The position numbers were made by a program, and so were the translations under genes. The notes under the pieces were generated by a model. The model searched no databases and was not told the DNA's origin. It worked only from the letters and a program-made list of their open reading frames with translations. This document shows, in pieces, positions 27,920 through 40,424 of a DNA stretch of 64,000 nucleotides. Source of the stretch: Octopus sinensis (taxonomy: Eukaryota); NCBI RefSeq assembly GCF_006345805.1, contig NC_042999.1:149296001-149360000 (forward strand). Direction: 5' to 3'. The first letter of the stretch is position 1; each line of letters starts with the position of its first letter.

Positions 27920-28325
27920 GTGTGTATCTATGTCTGTCTATCCATCTGTCTATCATTCCATCCATCCATCTGTCTGTCAATCTGTCTATCGTTCTATCTA
28001 TGTCTGTTTATTGTTCTATCTATCATTCTATCTATCATCATACTATCTGTCTATCTATCTATCTATCTATCTGTCTACCTATCTATCTATCTGTCTGTCT
28101 GTCTACCTATCTATCTATCTGTCTACCTATCTATCTATCTGTCTGTCTGTCTACCTATCTATTTATCTGTCTGTCTACCTATCTATCTATCTGTCTGTCT
28201 GTCTGTCTACCTATCTGTTTGTCTGTGTCTACCTATCTGTCTGTCTACCTATCTATCTATCTATTTATCAATCTATATCTATCTATCTGTCTGTCTGTCA
28301 GTCTATCCATCCATCCATCCATCAG
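27920..28325. repeat. (CTAT/CTGT/CCAT)n tetranucleotide tract
   Basis: Seen directly in the sequence. It explains the three overlapping YLSI ORFs. Confidence 0.97.
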
Positions 28326-29532
28326 CTAGCATGTTGTCCATACTTAACATGGGTTAGATGGTATGACAAGAGCTGGCAAGCTAGTGAGCTGCACCAAGCT
28401 CCAATTGTTTTTTAGCCATAGTTTCTACAGCTGGATACCCTTCCTGACACTAACCACTTTACTGAGTATACTGGGTGTCTTTTACAAGGCACCGGCATGA
28501 GTGCATTTTACATGGCACCAGCACGGGTAAAGAGAGAGAGAGAGAGGGAGAGAGATACAAGAAATTACTATAAACACATTTATATTATTTGTTTCTCCAC
28601 ACATATCCCCATTGTTGTTATCTGGAACTTCAGCATTGGATGATCCAAGTACAATTGGGTGTGTAACCACAACGCATCATCAGGGAACCACTTTATTGCA
28701 TTATGTTACAGGAAACTAATGTTGTGGTTAAGCATTCAACTGCACTTGGAAACATCCAAAGCAGAGTTTCAAAGAACCACAGTGGTAAAACGTACACAGG
28801 AACAAATGGTGTATTATTCTGTTTATCATAATTTCTCCGCATTTGCTTAGTATATCATAAATAATAAGACTACTCAATAGCAACTTAACCACTATACTGA
28901 AAGCAGACTGGATGATGATAATCTAGGTGGAGCTCTGAACTTAACAGTAGCAACTATTGAAAATTTAAATATTTATGAAAATATTTTCATAAATAAACTG
29001 AAGAGGAGGAAATAAAATAAAAATCATCATCATCGTTATTTAACGTCTGCTGTCCACACTGGCATGGGTTGGACGTTTTGACTGAGGGCTGGTAAGCCAG
29101 AAGGCTGCATCAGGCTCCAATCTGATTTGAGAAAATTTTTATAGCTGGATGACCTTCCTAATGCCAACCACGCCAAGAGTTTAGTGGATGCTTTTTACAT
29201 GCCACCAGCATGAGGGCCAGTCAGGCGGTAGTAGCATCAACCATGCTTGAATAGTGCTTTTTACATGTCGCTGGCACAGGAGCCAGTCAGGCAGCACTGG
29301 CTATGACCATGCTCGAATGGTGCTTTTCTAAGTGCCACCAGTTTGGGACCAGTCAATCAAGAACAAAATGTGTTCAAAAACTGAAATTAGCATTCAATTA
29401 AAACAAAAATAAAATTTGCTATAGAAATGTATTATTTCTATTTTTGAAATCAGTGAATGCATGTCACTAGAATAATCATTATATGTTTAGAAGGGCTAGA
29501 TAGGTATCTCCAACTAGCAAGTCATGCTACTC

Positions 29533-29571
29533 CAGACTGAAGACGAGCAACGACTCAGAAACTAGTCTCTG
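29533..29571 (+). ncRNA. Minimal type I hammerhead ribozyme, intact core
   Basis: caga-CTGAAGA-c.gag.caacga.ctc.a-GAAA-ctag-TC-tctg. Stem I is caga/tctg, stem II is gag/ctc, stem III is palindromic (ACUAGU), and the cleavage triplet is GUC. Confidence 0.75.
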
Positions 29572-30624
29572 AATGCTGGCTTAGCTGGGTGGAGGTGCTT
29601 ATCTCCCCCTTGTAAACATAAGGACACAGGAAATATGTCAAGGCTGACAAAGAGCAGTGCTGCTTCCTCAGGCTAAATAGCAGTAGTATTATTCCCTTCA
29701 TTGGGACTGTCACATTAAATTGACAGCATACAAAATTTGCTGTTTTACTAATTTGCATTAAATTACAGTTTTTGTTTTAACCTTTTTAATACTAACCCTA
29801 ACCACTCCTGGTTCTATGATACAAACTTCTTGCTTTAACCCTCTAACATTCAGATTACTCTGTCAAATCCATGTCTATTTATTCACATTGGTTTGAATTA
29901 ATCAGGCATTATTGGATAATTTTGAAATATTGGATGATGTGACTATTTTTAAAATTGTAGGGTTGGTGAGAGGCCAGATCTGACCAGTTTGAACATAAAA
30001 CATGTTGAAAATAGGGGCCAGATATGGCCTTTTAACTCTTTCATTACTGTATTAATTTTGAGATGTTCTGTGTTTCTTTCAATTAAATATAACAAAGAAT
30101 TTAGTAAAATAACTTAGTTATCATTCAGCTAGTGCTAGGAACATAACTTGCAATTAAGGTTTGGTGGAAGATTTTAATTTAAAACTTATGAAAACAAGAC
30201 ATTTGTACTACAGAGCCAAAGGCGGTTTCTGCTGGGTTGGTATCAAAAGAGTTAAGAATTGCTTCTCTATTATATATTTTAACCCTTTTGTTACCATATT
30301 TCTGTTGAGATGCTCTGTGTTTCTTTCAATTAATTTTAAATATAACAAAGGATTTAGTAAAATAACTGCAAGGTTTCTACAGCTGGATGCCCTTCCTAAT
30401 GTCAACCACTCTGAGAGTGTAGTGGGTGCTTTTTACCTGCCACCGGCATGAGGGCCAGTCAGGCGGCATTGGCATCAACCCCACATAATAATAGTAGTAA
30501 TAATATGTGCCTAGTGTACTCTTATCAGATGGGTAGTCATGATGGGTATATTGGACTTCATATATTTTACCCCAGTGTCACTTTGATGGCATGCACTGCT
30601 CTCTCACTCAATAATAATAATAAT

Positions 30625-31045
30625 CATAATGATAATTTCAAATTTTTGCCACAAAGGCAGCAATTTTGAGGGAGGGGATGAGTCGATTACATCAACCCCA
30701 GTGTTCGACTGGTACTTATTTTATCGACCTTGGAGGAACTTGAACTCAGAATGTAGCGATGGGTGAAATACTTCTAAGCATTTCATCCGGTGTGTTAACG
30801 ATTCTGTCAGCTCGCCGTCTTAATATCAAAATAATGATTTCAAATTCTAGAACAAGGTCAGCAATTTAGGGAGAGGGGTTAAGTTGATTTCACTGACTCT
30901 CAGGGAATTAACTGGTACTTATTTTATCAACCCCGAAAGGATGAAAGGCAAAAATCAACCCCAGCTGAATTTGAACTCAAAACAAAGACAAATGAAATGC
31001 CGCTAAGCATTTTGTCTAGTGTGCTAATGATTGCGCTAGCTCACT
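30625..31045 (-). mobile_element. Two tandem SINE family B copies (reverse strand)
   Basis: Reverse complement of the 2111-type unit: tttcaaatttttgccacaaagg...ctggtacttattttatc...ctaagcattt...agctcgccgtc. Confidence 0.85.
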
Positions 31046-31391
31046 GCCTAGCCCAGGAATTGAACCCATAATCTAGCGATCATGAGTACAACACCCTCAT
31101 GACTAGGCCATGTGCTGTCACATACAATAATAACAATGGACATCAAAGAGAGTCTGTTTTCTGCCTAGTCCAGAATTGAACCCACAATTTAGTGATCATG
31201 AGTACAACACCCTCATGACTAGGCCATGCATTGTCACATTCAATAATAATAATGGACATCAAAGTGAGTCTGTTTTCTGCCTAGTCCAGGAATTGAACCC
31301 ACAATTTAGCGATCATGAATACAACACCCTCATGGCTAGGCCATGCGCCTTCACATACAATAATAATGGACATCAAAGAGAGTTTGTTTTC
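31044..31391. repeat. Tandem triplication of a 116-117 bp unit containing a reverse tRNA-like SINE head
   Basis: ctgcctag.ccaggaattgaaccca...gactaggccatg...aatggacatcaaagagagtctgtttt at 31044, 31161 and 31277. Confidence 0.93.
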
Positions 31392-32044
31392 AGTAGTAAT
31401 ACTGATAAATACGTTAGTCCCTGAAGCTCAGTTTGGCATTAAGGAAAATAACAGTTGTGACATCAGGTTATAGAGAAAGTTATGCAGGCGCGCTTACATT
31501 AAGAAATAGCCCTCAGCAATCTGCAATTTGAAAGCAGTGAAATATTTCAGGTACATTTCAGCTGGTTAATTGTTTAACGGATCAAATTCCTTTGTGAGCC
31601 ATCAACACAATAATTATAGTAGGTGCAGAGAGAGATTATGGATAGCAAGAGGGAGGTGGGGGTAAGGAATGGGAGTTGTAGGTGGAGAGGAAGGAAAGAG
31701 AGAGTGGCAACGAAGTGGCAAAATGGTGGTGGTGGAGTTGGTGGTAGCGGTGTGATGGGGTGGGGGTGTAATATACTTGTAGCAGTGGTGGTGGTGGTGG
31801 AGACATTATTGTGAGTAGTAAAGGTGGGAAAATGGTAGTGGCTAATGATGGAGGTGGTGGTAGTAGTAGCTGTGGTAATGATAGTGGTGATGGTGGCAGA
31901 GGGGGAGCACAATTAACTAACAGAGGGAAAAATAAATCAAAACAAAATCACACAGTTTTTATTTTCAGTGTGTGTGTGTGTGCATGCCTCTATGTGTGTG
32001 TGCATGAGGGAGAAAGCAAGAGGAAGGTAGATAGAGAGGGGAGG

Positions 32045-32066
32045 GATAGATAGATAGATAGATATG

Positions 32067-32156
<90 letters not shown>

Positions 32157-32165
32157 TATAGATAG

Positions 32166-32196
<31 letters not shown>

Positions 32197-32201
32197 GATA
32201 T

Positions 32202-32256
<55 letters not shown>

Positions 32257-32445
32257 TATAGATAGATAGATAGATAGATAAATAGATAGAGAGAGTATTT
32301 GTGTGTGTAACAGATACAGAAAGATTGAGAAAGGGAGGTGAATGAGGTGATAACTACAAAGTAAATGATATCTTTCATGTCTAGTATAGAAATGATTAAA
32401 CTTGAATTTAGACACAAAATAGAACTGACAATTTTAAGATATCAA

Positions 32446-32540
<95 letters not shown>
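32045..32540. repeat. (GATA)n (about 32045-32290) and (GA)n (about 32449-32540) microsatellites
   Basis: Seen directly in the sequence. Confidence 0.97.
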
Positions 32541-32544
<4 letters not shown>

Positions 32545-33305
32545 TATTATGATTTGGATTTTGTTCAATACATCAGCCAAATCTTTCTGAGTTGACCTTC
32601 CTATTTCATTTTTTTCCAAGAAAAACTCTGCTTTAATGAGAGTAGAAGGTTTCCCCATGCCGGTGGCACGTAAAAAGCACCATCTGTCCGTGGCCGTTTG
32701 CCAGCTCCGTCTGGCTCCTGTGCCGGTGGCACGTAAAAAGCACCCACTACACTCACAGAGTGGTTGGCGTTAGGAAGGGCATCCAGCCGTAGAAACACTG
32801 CCAGATCAGACTGGGCCTGATGCAGCCTTCTGGCTTCACAGACCCCAGTTGAACCGTCCAACCCATGCTAGCATGGAAAGCGGACGCTAAATGATGATGA
32901 CGATGATGATGATGATCGCCAAGGTCTTCATTCATGCTCTTCAGTAAAAAATGGGACCACCCTCAAATCACACACTTCTGAAAGGAAGGACACATTAGAT
33001 AATGTAATCCCAGATATACTGTGTTTGAAAAGACAGACAAGATGGTCAGGGATGGAACACCTTTGATTGTAGGTCTACTTCATTGGGGCTGATCTGAGGT
33101 TAAGTGACAATAACATCAAAATATACATAGGTAAGTATGTGTGTGTGTGTGTGTGTGTGTACATACAAGCTTCAACATGGTTTCCATCGTCTCAAATTAC
33201 CCACAAGATATTGATCAGCCAATGCCATAGAAGACACTTGCCCTAGGTACTGCAAAGCTACATAGTTTGTAAAGCAAGCTTCATAACAACACAGCCATGC
33301 CTGCA

Positions 33306-33343
<38 letters not shown>

Positions 33344-34641
33344 AAACCCATAAGCTAGGCCCTTGAGCTACTGTTACTCTTGACTCTGTCTTCATATCAT
33401 GTGTCAAGAGGAGAGCAATATGGCAAAGATTATAGGCCAAAACCTGAAAAGCCAGGCACAACAAAATGACATGGCTAAACTGTGAACAGAATCTGATGTG
33501 AAGATTTAGCTAGGCTGTGTATTAACAGCACTCCACAGGTATTAGGATAATATAGATAGTTTTCTCCTTAACTATGTGGTTTAGCGGTTCAGTTCCCACA
33601 GAAGTACCATTGTACGAGTAAGTGGCTTCTACGATAGCCCCAGATCAACCAAAGCCATGTTAGTGAATCTGGTAGAGAGAAACTGAAAGCAACCTATTCT
33701 TTTGAAGTATTAACAAATTATGAAGATTCTAAGACTATGATAAATAGACAAATATTATAGGTGTAAGAGAGTAGAATGGTGGAGTGGGTTATTTACTGTG
33801 TTAAATTTGGTATCAAATCATGCCAGAACCTTTCTCCATAACAAAATAATAACATTCTAAGCACTGGTGATAGTGCCACCTGAAAAGCACTGGTGATGGT
33901 GTCACTTTGTAAAGTGGTTGTTATAAAGGAAGGGCATCCAGCTATAGAAACAAGGCTAAAACAGACTATGGAGCCTGGTGTGGCTTCTGGCCTTGCTAGC
34001 TCCTCTCAAACTGTGCAACACATGATAGCATGGAAAACGGACATTAATGATGATGACAATGACGATGACAATATTAGGGAAAGAAATTAATTTTATATGT
34101 TTTGTTTGTCAACAAAGCATATTGGTATACAGTGGCTGATGCCAGTGCCGCCTGACTGGCTCCCATGTCACTCTCGGAGTGGTGGGCATTAGGAAGAACA
34201 TCCAGCTGTAGAAACGCTGCCAGATCAGACTGGAGCCTGGTGTGGTCTCCTGGCTTGCCAGTCCCCAGTCAAACCATCCAACCCATGCCAGCATGAAAAA
34301 CGGATGTTAAACAATGATGATGATGATGAACATTTTGTCTAGAAGTTGTATGCTAAGGAGTATATGCTTGAAGAAAGATCTAAAAATTCACCCCCGCCCC
34401 ACACATACATATAGGTAAAAAACAAAAAAAAAACGATCCAGTTAGATAGTTGGGGGTCTATATGAGCAAGAATAATTGTATTTAACAACAAAATTATTTA
34501 AGTTGATAAGCTCTAGATAGGGGAAGTGTTGGAAACTTTCCCTCAAATCAGTGTCACAGCATGGCTGCAGTCCAATGACAGAGAAAAGTAAAAATAGAGT
34601 ATAAAGATACATACATACATACATACATACATACAGACAGA

Positions 34642-35140
34642 CATGGGATAGAGAAGAGAAACTTTACACAGTTGTGGAAATTAGCTGCCCAGCAGATGTT
34701 AACAAAGCTGAAGATCAGTGAAAAGGAGAACACCTATGTTGAACTGTTGAGAAATCTGCAGTTACTCTATCCAGATTACAAGTTCACGTTTATACCTGTA
34801 ATTATTGGGGCCCTGGGATATATAACACACTGCCTAAATACCAATCTTGAGAAATTAGGCTTCTGAAAACCAGAAAGGAGAAAGCTAATTCGAAGGCTAC
34901 AGATCCGGAACTGTTAAAATCTGTAAAACTTTCCAGAAGTTCATTTAAATATATATGAGCATATCTAGATAAGTAACTCTATGCATGAGAGTACATACAT
35001 AAAACACAAATCTGCACATACATGCATACATACAAACATACCCTGTTGTTAATGTTGAAATTCTAATGAAGGAACCTTGGATCTAGGATAGAAACCAGTT
35101 CTTTATTGGAAAGAAGTCTTGAAATAAACTGAATAATGAC
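34642..35140 (+). mobile_element. 3' end of an RLE-type (R4/Dong/NeSL-like) non-LTR retrotransposon within (ATAC)n
   Basis: Reads WDREEKLYTVVEISCPADVN, then after a frameshift KLKISEKENTYVELLRNLQLLYPDYKFTFIPVIIGALGYITHCLNTNLEKLGF*. This matches the RLE motifs 'E.SCP...N...EK...Y..L...P.IIGALG'. (ATAC)n flanks both sides. Confidence 0.85.
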
Positions 35141-35438
35141 ATACATGCATACATACATACATATGCTGTATAAGCTTGGCTTTATAAATTAATGTAATAA
35201 ACCTAAATACATAAAACAGAGTACTTATGTTTTTTATAAACCAAAGAAATGCAGCAAGTCAATGGTCATGCATGGTGGCATCTAATCAGTGTTGTGACAT
35301 TCTGTTGTGTAACACACACAAGCAATGGGTATCTTGAGGTTTTAAATTTGAATAACATGACTAACTCAAAAAATGTGTCAAGAAGGTGGTTTCATACCTT
35401 AAATGTAGGGAGATAGAGTGGTGAAGATTATAGAAGCA

Positions 35439-36119
35439 TTAACCCTTTTGTTACTGCATTTATTTTGAGATGCAGTGTGTTTCATTCAATTACTTTAAAT
35501 ATAATGAAGAATTTAGTAAAATAACTTAGTTATCATTAAGCTAGTGTTAGAAACATAAATTGTGACTAAGGTTTGGTGGAAAATTTTAATTCAAAACTTG
35601 TGTAAACAAGACAGTTGCACTACAGATCCAGAAGTGGTTTTAGGTGGGTTGGTATCAAAAGGGTTAAATTAATAATTTGTTAACCCTTTTGTTACCATAT
35701 TTCTGTTGAGATGCTCTCTGTTGCTTTCAATTTATTTTAAATGTAACAAAGAATTTAATAAAATAATTCAGTTATCATTAAGCGGGTATTAGGAACATAA
35801 ATTGCGAGTAAGGTTTGGTGGAAGATTTTAATTCAAAACTTATGAAAACAAGACATTTGTACTACAGAGCCAAAGGCGGTTTCTGCCAGGTTAGTCTCAA
35901 AAGGGTTAAGAATTGTTTCTCTATTATATATTTTAACCCTTTTGTTACCATATTTTTGTTGAGATACTCTGTGTTTCTTTCAATTGATTCTAAATATATG
36001 TTAGGAACATAAATCGCAACTAAGTTTTGGTGGAAGATTTTAATTCAAAACTTATAAAAACAAGACATCTGTACTCAGAGCCAGAGGTGGTTTCAGCTGG
36101 GTTGGTAATGAAAGGGTTA
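35439..36119. mobile_element. Three tandem piggyBac-like MITEs
   Basis: ttaacccttttgttac...aaaagggttaa units at 35439-35667, 35680-35909 and 35933-36119 (the last is internally deleted). Confidence 0.85.
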
Positions 36120-36454
36120 AACACCATAGGTTTAGTGCTTCCTGAGTGCACTTATCAAGTGTGTGTAAATTGGGATGCCAAAGGAATAAACAATTATTTG
36201 TCATCTCAATTTCTTATGAAGCTCTGTACTCAATTGATGTTTTGTTCTAAAACTTATGTATAGGGAGTTCCAACACCAGGTTGTTAGAATTGGTGTGCCA
36301 ATAGGAAGTTTTTTTATTCTTTTATTTGTTTCAGTCCTTACACTGCGACCATGCTGGAGCACCACCTTTGCCAAACCGCTGAGTTGCAGGGACGTAAACA
36401 TAACATCATGTGTCAAGCATGAGTGGGGGCACAAACACAAAGACATAAACATAT

Positions 36455-36502
<48 letters not shown>

Positions 36503-36722
36503 TATATGTATATTCTTTTATTTGTTTCAGTCATTTGACTGTGGCCATGCTGGAGCACTGCCTTTACTCGAACAAATTGACCTCAGGACTTATTCTTTGT
36601 AAGCCTAGCACTTATTCTATCAGTATTTTTGCTAAACCGCTAAGTTACGGGGACATAAACACACTGACATCGATTGTCAAGCGATAGTGGGGGGATAAGC
36701 ACAGACACACAAACATATATAT

Positions 36723-36771
<49 letters not shown>

Positions 36772-36940
36772 AAAAAATGACTAGAGATGGCTTCTGGGGG
36801 ATATAGTTTTTATTTTAATGATAATGTTTACAGTTACTTTAATGAATTTTGAGCTTTTCTATAGCTGTTTTCAAACTGAAATTCTGTGGTTTAAAAGGTT
36901 GTTTATATAGCAAAAGATTTTTTCTTACAAGTATATAAAT

Positions 36941-36985
<45 letters not shown>

Positions 36986-37204
36986 TATACATACACATGT
37001 ATAAATCTGTCCATCTCATGATAGCATAGAAAGTGGACATAAAGTGGTGATGATCATATCTCAACTATATCTGTATCTATCTACCTATCCATATGCACAC
37101 ACACACACACATCAACTAGTACATACATTTGTCCAAACTTTGCTAACATGATGAATAGCAAACATGAAATAATGGCAGTTTTTTTTTTTTTTTTTCCTCT
37201 CCGA

Positions 37205-37278
37205 TGGCCGGATAGCTGAAGAGATAGCGGCGTGGATTTCCACCCCGACATCCGAAACTCGGAGTTTTATCATGGCTA
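37205..37278 (+). ncRNA. Type I hammerhead ribozyme, intact core, extended stems
   Basis: tggccg.gatag-CTGAAGA-gat.ag.cgg.c.gtgga.tt.tccac.c.ccg.ac.atc.c-GAAA-ctc.g.gag-TT-ttatc.a.tggcta. Stem I has 11 bp with a bulge, stem II is long, stem III is palindromic, and the site is GUU. CpG-rich, followed by (TA)n. Confidence 0.85.
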
Positions 37279-37306
37279 CCAAATGATTGTCACATATTAC
37301 ATTTAC

Positions 37307-37353
<47 letters not shown>

Positions 37354-37356
37354 ATT

Positions 37357-37389
<33 letters not shown>

Positions 37390-38393
37390 ATATATAGATA
37401 GATATATAGGAAATGGAGTGTGGAGGACACAATCAGTGGATCACTGGACAAACTAATTTGTGGTATCTGGTTTTGTCCTTTTATGTTCTGATTTCAAATT
37501 CCACTCAGGTTCATTTTGCTTTTCACTCATATGGGCTCAATAAAATAGATATAATAGTTGTTGGAATCGATTGTACTCTCACAAGGTGTTGCCCCAGTAT
37601 GGCCATAATACAGTGACTGAAACCATCTTTTACTTATCTTGGTCATTAGACTAAAACAAGTAAACAAAATGCTGGGGCTTCGCCTTAAAAAATTTTTAGT
37701 CGAATGAATTGACCCAATCCTTAGTTTTTTTTTTTAAAGCTTACTACTTATTCTACCAGTCTCTTTTGATGAACTACTAAGTTATGCGGGACATAAACAC
37801 ACCAACACTGGTTGTCAAAATGGTGGTGGACAAACACACACACACACACACACACAAAGGTTTCATTTCAATTTCTGTCTACCAAATCCACTCAAGGCTT
37901 TGGTTGGCCTGAAGCAAGGCGCCACACAGTTGGATTGAACCTGGAACTATGTGGAGGAGAAAGCTTCTTACCACTCAGCCATGCTGTTGAAGGAAAAAGG
38001 GATGAAAAAATTCAAACAAATACTTAGAGATCAAACCCAGCAAACTAAATTGTCCAGGAAATGCCACAGTAACTTATGTGGGTTGTAAATACACTTTCTG
38101 CCACCAGTTCAGTTCTTGGTGGTGTCACAGAGGCATTACAATGCGTATTGAGAAATTTTAGATGTGACAGAACCCATTTCTCCCTAGGTCCATCAATTAC
38201 CGATTTCTTAAAGAAAGGAAAATAGGCAGAAATTTCAAAAAAACAACAAAAAAAAACAGGAAAATAAATCCGAGTACAGATTTGGGAGTTTATCAACATC
38301 GAAATGATGACAGAGAAAGTTGGCCTTGGTGAAACATGAATTCAGAATGCAGAGCGTCAAAACAATTACCACAAGACAATCTACACACACACA

Positions 38394-38427
<34 letters not shown>

Positions 38428-38447
38428 TATTTTGTTTGAGTCAGTTT

Positions 38448-38495
38448 CTTGCTACTCTGAGTTTCATCAATATGTGCACAGGATCTTCAGACAAG
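38448..38495 (-). ncRNA. Minimal type I hammerhead ribozyme, intact core
   Basis: Minus strand: cttgt-CTGAAGA-tcctgtgcacatattgat-GAAA-ctc.a.gag-TA-gcaag. Stem I is cttgt/gcaag, stem III is palindromic, the site is GUA, and stem II is imperfect. It lies in a ~78-bp island between two (TA)n tracts. Confidence 0.75.
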
Positions 38496-38500
38496 TTACA

Positions 38501-38536
<36 letters not shown>

Positions 38537-38541
<5 letters not shown>

Positions 38542-38750
38542 ATCCAAACAAGAAAGCACAAAAAAACACAACAACGCGAGTATGTGGAACAAATATAGTA
38601 TTATTGGACGCTCAGGAAAGAAGGAAAGAAGGAGGGTTTAACGTTTCGAGCGGAGCTCTTCGTTGGAAACATAGGAGAAGGAAAGATCCAGAGAAGGGAA
38701 GACAGAGGAAAAAAAATCGCCAACGGTACACACAAGGTCACATTTTGAAA
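38537..38750 (-). mobile_element. Short (TA)n-embedded element with a variant hammerhead motif
   Basis: Minus strand 38670-38636: gttt-CCAACGA-a.gagc.tcc.gctc-GAAA-cg-TT-aaac. Homologous to 12958-13123, with (TA)n on both sides. Confidence 0.7.
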
Positions 38751-38899
38751 TATATATATATATATATTTGAGACCCCATGGTTGTAACCTCAACCGTGAT
38801 TTTTCTGTTGTGATTTTTGCTACCCAGGTATCGGTTATAATTTGAATAATCCGTAACAAGATAATTCATTTATCCATTTCAATAAATATATATATATAT

Positions 38900-39470
38900 A
38901 TCAAGTGTTATGAATCCAAACAAATACAGGAATAGAAGAAAAGAAGATGAAAATGCACAGAGTATATATAAGAGTTAATTAGGATTTAAGTATATTTTAC
39001 AATATAAGAAAACACTTGACCAGTTTCATATTAGATTTTCGAAGGTGTATAGTGTTTGGAGTTGTGACGCAAATTATGTCTATTCTGGCCATTGTTATAA
39101 AAATAGTTTGTTTTTAAAGTAGGAATATATATGATTTTAATTAAGGATTTAGAAGCACTTCATAAAATAACGTTTTCATTGTCAAACTTTAAAATTTCTG
39201 AAGTTTCTTGCATAAAATTATAACAAAAGTTTTAAGTTATGATATGAATATTTAAAAATGAGACACTGAAGCAGTTTTAGCCGGGATGGTACCAAAAGAA
39301 GCTATTGGTATTAAAAAAAAAAATTCTTCAAATTTTCAAAGAATTATAGTATTTTTTAAATTACTTCTTTTAATTAAGATGTGAAAATCAAGACAATAAA
39401 CCTGATAGTTCAATTTTTTTATATATATACTAAAAAGTTTTTAGTAATCTATAAAACATTTACAGACACA
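38900..39470 (-). mobile_element. Possible decayed Penelope-like element end
   Basis: AT-rich and (TA)n-flanked. Minus strand 39228-39160 reads FCYNFMQETSEILKFDNENVIL*, loosely like the PLE GIY-YIG C-terminal 'C.LC..EK..I......LLN'. A degenerate hammerhead-like ...GAAA-ctgg-TC-aagtgt follows at 39049-39012. Confidence 0.4.
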
Positions 39471-40424
39471 TTATACTATAATACAAATACGTATAAATAT
39501 ATATATACATATACGCATATGTAAAATATGTATATATATATATATGATGCATGTATATTAGATGTACCTGGAATAAAGAGTGCCAAATTATCAATAAATA
39601 AATATATGTGCAATATAAATATATATATGAATGAATATATAAATAAAGGAGAAAGTAGAAAAACAATGAATTACCATAGGGTGCTATTTGAAATGAGAGT
39701 GGGGGGAGGAAATAAGGGTTTCACCTCAAATGGAAGGTAAATATCTCACCTCTTACACTTCAGTTGATAGAGGAAAAGTTGATGTGGACACAGGAGACAA
39801 CAGCTGCTGCAGTAGGTGTGTTGTTGCAAGCACACCTAAATGGCTGAGCGTGTCATTAAGAGATTATTACTAAAGAAGCTAGGCGCTTGTACTACAGTGT
39901 AGCATGTCTGAGCTTTGTAGTGGAGGGGAGGGAGAAGGGAGAGAAGGTGAGTTAGTGGCTATGGGAAGAGGAGGAGTTAAGAAGAGGAAAGAGCTAGAAG
40001 AAGAAGCTAAGAAGAAAAAGCTAAGAAGAAGAATCTAAGAAGAAAAAGCTAAGAAGAAGAAGCTAAGAAGAAGCTAAGAAGAAGAAGCTAAGAAGAAAAA
40101 GAGAAGTAGAGAAAAAGAAGCTAGAAGACCAAGGAAAAGAAGAGAAAAAAGAAGAAATGGTGGATAAGGGAAAGAAATTGAGAGACAATGAGAGTGAGGA
40201 GAAGTAAGAGGGGAAGAGAAAAAAAAAAAAGCAATAAGACAAAAGGAAAATAGTAAAAGGTATAAATGGAATTAATTTTTAGTTGTTGAGAAATGCTGCT
40301 GTCTGGCTGTGTAACTGTAGATATATGTAAAGATAGGGCTGAGTGGTTAAGAAGATCATTTTGCAAATCACCAGGTCCCAGGTTCAGTTCCACTGTTACA
40401 TCTTGGACAAGTGTGTTTTTATTA

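Noticed and set aside
27825-28415. ORFs of 163-196 aa (also 13615-14003, 31965-32417, 55385-55633 and 56064-56329)
   Set aside because: These are translations of microsatellite or low-complexity tracts.
28712-28784. Possible small exon (ttacag|GAAACT...CAGTG|gtaaaa; ETNVVVKHSTALGNIQSRVSKNHS)
   Set aside because: Weak donor site, no recognisable homology and no partner exons. It cannot be supported without RNA-seq.
38300-38345. gaa-ATGATGA...GAAA-catg-aa-ttc hammerhead-like string
   Set aside because: C3 and U16.1 are both missing and stems I and II are weak. It is compatible with chance.
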